DNA from: Escherichia coli
GTDB taxonomy: Bacteria; Pseudomonadota; Gammaproteobacteria; Enterobacterales; Enterobacteriaceae
Assembly (NCBI RefSeq): GCF_044647545.1
Contig: NZ_CP172818.1
Reading direction: 5' to 3' (one strand)
DNA: 64,000 nucleotides
Shown: piece by piece, positions 56,090 to 64,000 of the stretch
How positions within the stretch are numbered: the first letter of the stretch is position 1
How the letters are laid out: each line of letters opens with the position of its first letter
Notes under the pieces: model-generated
What the model saw: the letters and a program-made list of their open reading frames with translations, nothing else
Database searches by the model: none
Told to the model about the DNA's origin: nothing
Translations under genes and position numbers: made by a program

Positions 56090-57076
56090 ATGAAATTACG
56101 CTCTGTAACCTACGCATTATTCATTGCTGGCCTGGCTGCATTTAGTACATCTTCAATGGCGGCGCAATCTTTACGTTTCGGTTATGAAACCTCACAAACC
56201 GACTCGCAACATATTGCGGCGAAAAAATTCAATGATTTATTGCAGGAGAGAACCAAAGGCGAGCTGAAATTAAAACTGTTCCCGGACAGCACTCTCGGTA
56301 ACGCGCAGGCGATGATCAGCGGCGTACGTGGCGGCACCATCGATATGGAAATGTCCGGCTCGAATAACTTTGCCGGGTTATCACCAGTGATGAACTTGCT
56401 TGATGTCCCTTTCCTGTTCCGCGATACCGCTCACGCGCATAAAACGCTCGACGGCAAAGTCGGTGATGATCTGAAAGCCTCACTTGAAGGTAAAGGACTG
56501 AAAGTACTGGCCTACTGGGAAAACGGCTGGCGCGATGTCACCAACTCGCGCGCACCGGTTAAAACCCCCGCCGACCTGAAAGGGCTGAAAATCCGCACCA
56601 ACAATAGTCCGATGAATATCGCAGCATTCAAAGTCTTTGGCGCTAACCCGATCCCGATGCCGTTTGCCGAAGTCTATACCGGGCTGGAAACGCGCACTAT
56701 CGACGCTCAGGAACACCCGATCAACGTCGTCTGGTCAGCAAAATTTTTCGAAGTACAGAAGTACCTTTCTCTGACGCACCACGCCTATTCGCCACTTTTG
56801 GTGGTGATCAACAAAGCGAAGTTTGATGGCTTAAGCCCGGAATTCCAGCAGGCGCTGATCTCATCTGCGCAGGAAGCGGGTAACTACCAGCGCAAACTGG
56901 TTGCCGAAGATCAGCAAAAAATCATCGACGGCATGAAAGAAGCGGGCGTGGAAGTCATCACCGATCTCGACCGCAAAGCCTTTAGCGACGCACTGGGGAA
57001 TCAGGTTCGCGACATGTTTGTTAAAGATGTGCCGCAGGGAGCTGATCTGCTGAAAGCCGTGGATGAGGTGCAATAA
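56090..57076 (+). CDS. yiaO: TRAP transporter periplasmic solute-binding protein (DctP-like)
   Basis: 328-aa ORF with signal peptide MKLRSVTYALFIAGLAAFSTSSMA. Confidence 0.85.
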   Translation: MKLRSVTYALFIAGLAAFSTSSMAAQSLRFGYETSQTDSQHIAAKKFNDLLQERTKGELKLKLFPDSTLGNAQAMISGVRGGTIDMEMSGSNNFAGLSPVMNLLDVPFLFRDTAHAHKTLDGKVGDDLKASLEGKGLKVLAYWENGWRDVTNSRAPVKTPADLKGLKIRTNNSPMNIAAFKVFGANPIPMPFAEVYTGLETRTIDAQEHPINVVWSAKFFEVQKYLSLTHHAYSPLLVVINKAKFDGLSPEFQQALISSAQEAGNYQRKLVAEDQQKIIDGMKEAGVEVITDLDRKAFSDALGNQVRDMFVKDVPQGADLLKAVDEVQ

Positions 57077-57079
57077 ACC

Positions 57080-58576
57080 ATGACGCAATACTGGCTGGGG
57101 TTAGATTGTGGCGGTAGCTGGCTGAAAGCCGGGCTGTATGACCGCGAAGGCCGGGAGGCAGGCGTGCAGCGCCTGCCGCTGTGCGCATTAAGCCCGCAGC
57201 CAGGTTGGGCAGAGCGCGATATGGCAGAACTGTGGCAATGCTGCATGGCTATCATTCGCACCCTGCTTACTCATTCTGGTGTCAGCGGGGAACAAATTGT
57301 CGGTATCGGCATCTCCGCACAGGGAAAGGGCTTGTTTTTGCTGGATAAAAACGACAAGCCGCTCGGTAACGCCATTTTGTCCTCGGATCGCCGGGCGATG
57401 GAAATCGTTCGTCGCTGGCAGGAAGATGGCATCCCGGAAAAACTCTACCCGCTGACCCGACAAACCTTGTGGACCGGGCATCCGGTGTCGCTGTTACGCT
57501 GGCTGAAAGAGCACAAACCAGAACGCTACGCGCAAATTGGCTGCGTGATGATGACGCACGACTACCTGCGCTGGTGTTTAACCGGCGTCAAAGGTTGCGA
57601 AGAGAGCAATATTTCCGAGTCCAATCTCTACAACATGAGTCTTGAGGAATATGACCCGTGCCTCACCGACTGGCTGGGGATCGCTGAAATCAACCACGCC
57701 CTGCCGCCTGTTGTCGGATCTGCCGAAATCTGCGGGGAAATCACCGCTCAGACAGCCGCACTGACCGGTCTGAAAGCGGGTACGCCCATTGTCGGCGGCC
57801 TGTTTGATGTGGTTTCCACCGCACTCTGTGCCGGGATCGAAGACGAATTTACCCTTAATGCGGTGATGGGCACCTGGGCGGTGACCAGCGGCATAACCCG
57901 TGGTTTACGTGACGGTGAAGCGCATCCGTATGTCTATGGTCGCTACGTTAACGATGGTCAATTTATCGTTCACGAAGCCAGCCCCACCTCTTCCGGCAAC
58001 CTCGAATGGTTTACCGCACAGTGGGGAGAAATCTCGTTTGATGAGATTAACCAGGCCGTTGCCAGCTTGCCAAAGGCCGGGGGCGATCTCTTTTTCCTGC
58101 CGTTCCTGTACGGCAGCAACGCCGGACTCGAGATGACCAGCGGTTTCTACGGGATGCAGGCCATTCACACCCGCGCACACCTGTTGCAGGCCATTTATGA
58201 AGGCGTGGTGTTCAGCCATATGACCCATCTCAACCGGATGCGCGAACGTTTTACTGATGTGCACACCCTGCGCGTCACTGGCGGCCCGGCGCACTCCGAT
58301 GTCTGGATGCAAATGCTGGCGGACGTCAGCGGGCTGCGTATCGAACTGCCGCAGGTGGAAGAAACCGGCTGCTTTGGTGCGGCACTTGCCGCCCGCGTCG
58401 GCACCGGAGTTTATCGCGATTTCAGCGAAGCCCAACGTGATTTACAGCACCCGGTACGCACCCTGCAGCCGGATATGACCGCACATCAGCTTTACCAACA
58501 AAAATACCAACGTTATCAGCATCTCATTGCCGCACTTCAGGGCTTTCACGCCCGCATCAAGGAGCACACATTATGA
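57080..58576 (+). CDS. lyxK: L-xylulose/3-keto-L-gulonate kinase
   Basis: 498-aa ORF; FGGY kinase N-terminus MTQYWLGLDCGGSWLKAGLYD. Confidence 0.85.
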   Translation: MTQYWLGLDCGGSWLKAGLYDREGREAGVQRLPLCALSPQPGWAERDMAELWQCCMAIIRTLLTHSGVSGEQIVGIGISAQGKGLFLLDKNDKPLGNAILSSDRRAMEIVRRWQEDGIPEKLYPLTRQTLWTGHPVSLLRWLKEHKPERYAQIGCVMMTHDYLRWCLTGVKGCEESNISESNLYNMSLEEYDPCLTDWLGIAEINHALPPVVGSAEICGEITAQTAALTGLKAGTPIVGGLFDVVSTALCAGIEDEFTLNAVMGTWAVTSGITRGLRDGEAHPYVYGRYVNDGQFIVHEASPTSSGNLEWFTAQWGEISFDEINQAVASLPKAGGDLFFLPFLYGSNAGLEMTSGFYGMQAIHTRAHLLQAIYEGVVFSHMTHLNRMRERFTDVHTLRVTGGPAHSDVWMQMLADVSGLRIELPQVEETGCFGAALAARVGTGVYRDFSEAQRDLQHPVRTLQPDMTAHQLYQQKYQRYQHLIAALQGFHARIKEHTL

Positions 58577-59235
58577 GCCGACCACTTCTGCAACTGGCCC
58601 TCGACCACTCATCACTTGAAGACGCACAGCGCGACGTGACGCTGTTAAAAGACAGCGTCGATATCGTCGAAGCGGGCACCATTCTCTGCTTAAACGAAGG
58701 GCTTGGCGCAGTGAAAGCCTTGCGCGAACAGTGCCCGAACAAAATCATCGTCGCTGACTGGAAGGTCGCCGACGCGGGTGAAACGCTCGCGCAACAGGCG
58801 TTTGGCGCAGGCGCTAACTGGATGACCATCATCTGCGCCGCACCGCTCGCGACGGTGGAAAAAGGCCACGCGATGGCGCAACGCTGCGGTGGTGAAATTC
58901 AGATCGAGTTGTTCGGTAACTGGACGCTGGACGACGCCCGCGACTGGCATCGTATTGGCGTGCGGCAGGCCATTTATCATCGCGGTCGCGACGCGCAGGC
59001 CAGCGGGCAACAGTGGGGGGAGGCCGATCTGGCACGCATGAAGGCGCTTTCCGATATCGGCCTTGAGCTTTCCATTACCGGCGGTATTACTCCTGCTGAT
59101 CTGCCACTGTTTAAAGATATCCGCGTAAAGGCGTTTATTGCCGGACGGGCGCTGGCAGGCGCGGCAAATCCGGTGCAGGTGGCTGGCGATTTCCATGCAC
59201 AAATTGATGCCATCTGGGGAGGTGCGCGTGCGTAA
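58573..59235 (+). CDS. sgbH: 3-keto-L-gulonate-6-phosphate decarboxylase
   Basis: 220-aa ORF; OMP-decarboxylase-like fold; 4-nt overlap with lyxK. Confidence 0.85.
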   Translation: MSRPLLQLALDHSSLEDAQRDVTLLKDSVDIVEAGTILCLNEGLGAVKALREQCPNKIIVADWKVADAGETLAQQAFGAGANWMTIICAAPLATVEKGHAMAQRCGGEIQIELFGNWTLDDARDWHRIGVRQAIYHRGRDAQASGQQWGEADLARMKALSDIGLELSITGGITPADLPLFKDIRVKAFIAGRALAGAANPVQVAGDFHAQIDAIWGGARA

Positions 59236-60088
59236 TCATCCGTTAGGGATTTATGAAAAAGCGCTGGCGAAAGATCTCTCCTGGCCGGAGCGGCTGGTGC
59301 TGGCAAAAAGCTGTGGCTTTGATTTTGTCGAAATGTCGGTGGATGAAACCGACGAACGGCTCTCACGTCTTGACTGGAGCGCCGCACAACGTGCTTCGCT
59401 GGTCACTGCGATGATCGAAACGGGTGTTGCCATTCCGTCAATGTGCCTGTCTGCCCATCGTCGTTTTCCCTTTGGCAGCCGGGACGAGGCAGTGCGCGAA
59501 CGGGCGCGGGAAATCATGAGTAAAGCGATTCGCCTGGCGCGCGATCTCGGCATTCGCACCATCCAGCTGGCAGGTTATGACGTCTATTACGAAGACCACG
59601 ACGAAGGCACCCAACAACGTTTTGCTGAAGGGCTGGCGTGGGCAGTCGAACAGGCGGCGGCATCACAAGTCATGCTGGCGGTGGAGATTATGGATACCGC
59701 GTTTATGAACTCCATCAGCAAATGGAAAAAATGGGACGAGATGCTCGCCTCGCCGTGGTTCACCGTCTACCCGGACGTCGGCAACCTCAGCGCCTGGGGC
59801 AATGATGTTCCCGCCGAACTGAAACTGGGCATTGACCGTATCGCCGCGATCCACCTGAAAGACACCCTGCCAGTCACCGGGCAAAGCCCCGGACAGTTCC
59901 GTGATGTGCCGTTTGGCGAAGGCTGCGTCGATTTCGTTGGCATCTTCAAAACGCTGCATGAACTGAACTATCGCGGATCATTTCTGATTGAGATGTGGAC
60001 CGAAAAAGCCAAAGAGCCGGTGCTGGAGATTATTCAGGCGCGGCGCTGGATTGAAGCGCGTATGCAGGAGGCCGGATTTATATGTTAG
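59228..60088 (+). CDS. sgbU: L-ribulose-5-phosphate 3-epimerase (L-xylulose-5-phosphate 3-epimerase)
   Basis: ORF 59138..60088 trimmed to an in-frame GTG at 59228 (286 aa, [16 protein letters not shown]...); overlaps the sgbH end by 8 nt. Confidence 0.75.
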   Translation: MRNHPLGIYEKALAKDLSWPERLVLAKSCGFDFVEMSVDETDERLSRLDWSAAQRASLVTAMIETGVAIPSMCLSAHRRFPFGSRDEAVRERAREIMSKAIRLARDLGIRTIQLAGYDVYYEDHDEGTQQRFAEGLAWAVEQAAASQVMLAVEIMDTAFMNSISKWKKWDEMLASPWFTVYPDVGNLSAWGNDVPAELKLGIDRIAAIHLKDTLPVTGQSPGQFRDVPFGEGCVDFVGIFKTLHELNYRGSFLIEMWTEKAKEPVLEIIQARRWIEARMQEAGFIC

Positions 60089-60777
60089 AGCAACTAAAAG
60101 CCGACGTGCTGGCGGCGAATCTGGCGCTTCCCGTTCATCATCTGGTGACGTTCACCTGGGGCAATGTCAGCGCGGTAGACGAAACGCGGCAATGGATGGT
60201 AATCAAACCTTCCGGCGTCGAGTACAACGTGATGACCGCCGACGATATGGTAGTGGTTGAGATAGCCACCGGTAAGGTGGTGGAAGGCAGAAAAAAACCC
60301 TCGTCCGACACGCCAACGCATCTGGCGCTTTACCGTCGCTATGCCGAAATTGGCGGTATTGTGCATACCCACTCGCGCCACGCCACCATCTGGTCGCAGG
60401 CCGGGCTGGATCTCCCCGCCTGGGGCACCACGCACGCTGATTACTTCTATGGTGCCATCCCCTGCACGCGACAGATGACCGCAGAGGAGATCAACGGCGA
60501 GTATGAATACCAGACCGGCGAAGTGATCATTAAAACCTTCGAAGAACGTGGGTTGAACCCGGCACAAATCCCGGCTGTACTGGTGCATTCTCACGGCCCG
60601 TTCGCCTGGGGAAAAAACGCCGCCGATGCGGTGCATAACGCCGTGGTGCTGGAAGAGTGCGCCTATATGGGCCTGTTCTCGCGCCAGCTTGCACCGCAGC
60701 TCCCTGCGATGCAAAACGAACTGCTGGATAAGCACTACCTGCGTAAACATGGGGCCAATGCCTATTACGGGCAGTAA
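60082..60777 (+). CDS. sgbE: L-ribulose-5-phosphate 4-epimerase
   Basis: 231-aa ORF; class II aldolase/AraD-like. Confidence 0.85.
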   Translation: MLEQLKADVLAANLALPVHHLVTFTWGNVSAVDETRQWMVIKPSGVEYNVMTADDMVVVEIATGKVVEGRKKPSSDTPTHLALYRRYAEIGGIVHTHSRHATIWSQAGLDLPAWGTTHADYFYGAIPCTRQMTAEEINGEYEYQTGEVIIKTFEERGLNPAQIPAVLVHSHGPFAWGKNAADAVHNAVVLEECAYMGLFSRQLAPQLPAMQNELLDKHYLRKHGANAYYGQ

Positions 60778-61123
60778 TCCCTCACGCCGGGGCTTCATTG
60801 CCCCGGCACTACGAATTGATATGTTCCTTGCTGTAACGTCGCTTCCACGCAGCTGGCGTTAAGCCGGTGTGTTTGCGAAAAATCTGCCGGAAATAGCCGA
60901 CGTCATTAAACCGTATTGCCTGGAACAGGCCGACAACGGCGAGTCACTGCATAACCTGTGGCTGCCCGCCGATGCGCCATTTACGACATTTGAAGGTAAT
61001 GGATTGTTCCGCCATAAGATCTTAATCCAGGCACCGGGTTACCGGTATGAACAGAGCAATCCAGAGCAGCAACCGCTGTGGCATTACGACAGTGCGCCAG
61101 CCGCACCGACATCCACCGGTGAA

Positions 61124-61864
61124 TTAAAAACGCCAGCTCACCCCGGTGACAAAGGTAAAACTCTCATTACGATCAATCATCGGGCTGTCGGTAATCTCTT
61201 CCGGCAGCTCGCTGTATCCTGCGCTCGCCATCAATACGACGTGCTCTCCTATCGGGTATTTTGCCGTCAGGCTGACATAGGGCACCCAGGCATCCTGCGC
61301 GGAATAACTTGCCAGACCGCTACGACGGGACTCACTCTCTGAAATGCCATAGTAATAGTCACTGAAATTCTCGTCATAATAGAGAACGCCCAGCGCAGGT
61401 GTCAGCGACAGACGACCTATCTGCATTTTGTGGAATACCGATAGCTCCCCCACCCAGCCGTTGCTGTTATCCAGAACGTCCGCAGCTGCAGAGGCTTTCA
61501 CGGTTCCCCAACGCTCGTGGTGATACCAGGCAACCCCCGCCATAGCCGTACTATCACGCTTATCAAGCTGTTGCATGGCATAATCGTCATTATCGGTAGG
61601 GTCAAATTCCAGCGGCATCCAGGATGCGGTCAGGCTAAGTTCATTTTTTTCACTTTGCGACAGAATAAAACCTAACGTGGTCTGACGAACATAAAAAGTA
61701 TCACCTTCATAACTAATCAGCGGAATTGCCTTCGTATTTTCATTATAACCGCGATAAGGCGATTCATTATAAGCCGCACCAGCACCAATGGATAATTCAG
61801 AAGCAGTTGCGCTTGCCATAAAAGGCAACGCAAATAACGCCACAATATTGCGATTAATTAACAT
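61124..61864 (-). CDS. yiaT: Outer membrane protein YiaT (MipA/OmpV family)
   Basis: 246-aa ORF with signal peptide and C-terminal aromatic residue (ends VSWRF). Confidence 0.75.
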   Translation of the reverse strand: MLINRNIVALFALPFMASATASELSIGAGAAYNESPYRGYNENTKAIPLISYEGDTFYVRQTTLGFILSQSEKNELSLTASWMPLEFDPTDNDDYAMQQLDKRDSTAMAGVAWYHHERWGTVKASAAADVLDNSNGWVGELSVFHKMQIGRLSLTPALGVLYYDENFSDYYYGISESESRRSGLASYSAQDAWVPYVSLTAKYPIGEHVVLMASAGYSELPEEITDSPMIDRNESFTFVTGVSWRF

Positions 61865-61987
61865 GTCCGGTATTCCATTTTAAAATAAGATAAAAAAGAG
61901 TCGGCATAATAATGCTTACAATTTCTCCGGTGCAAGATTCATATTTATATAGTAATATATAAAATTATATATAATTGGGCTGTTGCG

Positions 61988-62962
61988 ATGACAAAATTAC
62001 AACTTAAGTACCGGGAGTTAAAAATTATCTCGGTAATCGCTGCCAGTGAAAATATCAGCCATGCCGCGACTGTACTTGGCATCGCACAGGCCAACGTCAG
62101 CAAATATCTTGCTGATTTTGAATCAAAAGTGGGTTTAAAAGTCTTTGACCGAACCACCCGGCAGCTGATGCTCACACCTTTTGGCACCGCGCTGTTACCG
62201 TACATCAACGACATGCTGGACAGAAACGAGCAACTTAATAATTTTATTGCAGATTATAAGCATGAGAAACGTGGTCGGGTCACCATCTACGCCCCAACCG
62301 GCATAATTACCTATTTATCCAAACATGTAATCGATAAAATTAAAGATATCGGTGATATCACCTTATCGCTAAAAACCTGCAATCTTGAGCGTAATGCCTT
62401 TTATGAAGGCGTCGAATTTCCTGATGATTGTGATGTTTTAATCAGCTACGCTCCACCAAAAGATGAATCGCTGGTTGCCAGTTTTATTACCCAATATGCC
62501 GTAACCGCTTATGCCAGCCAGCGCTATCTTGAGAAACATCCCATTAGCCGTCCTGACGAACTCGAACATCACTCCTGTATTTTGATCGACTCGATGATGA
62601 TCGACGACGCGAATATCTGGCGCTTCAACGTCGCCGGGAGTAAAGAGGTGCGGGATTATCGCGTGAAGGGAAATTACGTTTGCGACAACACGCAATCTGC
62701 GCTGGAGCTGGCACGAAATCACCTGGGGATTGTGTTTGCGCCAGACAAAAGTGTGCAGAGCGACCTGCAAGACGGCACGCTGGTGCCCTGCTTTCAGCAA
62801 CCCTATGAATGGTGGCTGGATCTGGTGGCTATCTTCCGTAAACGGGAATACCAGCCCTGGCGGGTCCAGTATGTGCTGGATGAAATGCTGCGTGAAATTC
62901 GCCACCAGCTTGCTCAGTCGCAGCAACTGCGGCCTGAACAAGCGGCGGAAAGCGAAGATTAA
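61988..62962 (+). CDS. yiaU: LysR-family transcriptional regulator YiaU
   Basis: 324-aa ORF; N-terminal HTH ([19 protein letters not shown]); divergent from yiaT. Confidence 0.75.
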
Positions 62963-64000
62963 TGATCGAGATAAAGGTAATGCACCCAGCTGGTCATGCG
63001 TAATAGCACTTTGCGCATCACCGAGACATGGCTGAAATGATCAGAGTAAACCGCCACCTGGGCGTAAATACCGTCTGGTAAAGCGCTCAAATCAGTGTGC
63101 TCATCCAGTTCAATGGTCGCGATAACGCCATCTGAACCCGGCGCTGTGTTTAACGTCTGTAAGGTGCCGGTCGACTGATAAGCTCCGCCGGGAACGGCTG
63201 GACTAATGGCTGCCAGCTTACCGCTGAATACCTTACCTGGCAGAGCATTAAACACCACTTCCGCATCGTCGCCAGGAGCCAGTCGCAGCAAGGAGTTCTG
63301 ACGGAACTGCGCCACGATTTGTCGTTTCTGATCGGGTATAAACACCATCACCGGACGTAGCGGCAGCGACGCGGCATAGGTACCCGGACGAATCAGTACC
63401 TGGGTCACATAACCATCGCTCGGCGCACGCACTATCGTCTGCTCAAGGTTATATTTTGCTTCCGCGAGCTGTGCTTTCAGGCTGGCGATTTGAGAATGTT
63501 CACCCAACACCAGGCTATCCAGCTGGCTCTGGATCTGTTTTTGTTCCGCCGCCGATGACTTCACGGAGGCTTCCTGCGCCAGATAATTTTGCCGCGCCAC
63601 ATCGATATCGCGTTCTGAAAACGGGTTTACTTTCGCCTGGCTGCCACGTGCGTAACGCTGATACTCTTTAGCGAATTTATCCCGCGTGGCCTTTGCCTGC
63701 TGAGTATTCGCCGCCATCTCATCTAACTCTGCGCCCAACGCCCGCTGTTTATGTTCTGCGGTAACGATATCCGCCATCAGCCGATCCACCCGCGCCTGAT
63801 AACGCGTCGGGTCCAGTCGAAATAGCACCTCACCTTTTTTAATCAGCGTATTTTTCTTATCCGTCACTTCAATCACCACACCAGTCACCTGTGGGACAAC
63901 AGGAATAGAAATAACCGCTTTTTGCGCTTTAAAGGTATACGGATGGTTATAGTTCATTAACAGAATTAGACCGCTGACAATAAATATGCCACCCAGGGCC
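62959..64000 (-). CDS. yiaV: Membrane fusion protein YiaV (HlyD family), N-terminus beyond window end
   Basis: Minus-strand frame open from 62959 to the window edge; coiled-coil-rich periplasmic adaptor-like sequence; truncated by the window. Confidence 0.7.

Noticed and set aside
60869-61342. 157-aa plus-strand ORF between sgbE and yiaU
   Set aside because: Largely overlaps yiaT on the opposite strand, and yiaT has the signal peptide and beta-barrel C-terminus; no support for an independent gene.

Overview
The window reads as a contiguous, syntenic stretch of Escherichia coli K-12-like chromosome, and nearly all of it is ordinary core genome. Gene order is: cellulose synthesis genes bcsB-bcsA-bcsQ-bcsR (minus strand) divergent from bcsE-bcsF-bcsG; the ldrD/rdlD type I toxin-antitoxin; yhjV; the dipeptide ABC transporter dppFDCBA; tRNA-Pro (proK); eptB; yhjX; yhjY; tag; yiaC; bisC; yiaD; ghrB; yiaF; yiaG; cspA; hokA with an adjacent IS150 (insJ/insK); glyS-glyQ; ysaB; wecH; yiaA; yiaB; the xylose locus xylBA / xylFGHR; bax; malS; avtA; ysaA; yiaJ; the yiaKLMNO-lyxK-sgbHUE operon; yiaT; yiaU; and a truncated yiaV. 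Calls rest on reading the supplied six-frame translations against remembered E. coli proteins and on motifs visible in the sequence; no database search was run. I do not see a convincing novel multi-gene biological system. Two things stand out. First, a roughly 550 bp low-complexity, homopolymer-rich, C-depleted tract lies between dppA and proK; it is non-coding, sits between diverged copies of a REP-containing segment, and looks more like a technical artefact or synthetic insert than native E. coli DNA. Second, bcsQ is intact here: codon 6 is TTG, not the TAG stop I recall for the K-12 reference strains. That is unexpected given the K-12-type IS150 insertion at hokA. Remaining findings are known biology that is visible in the sequence, given low interest scores.
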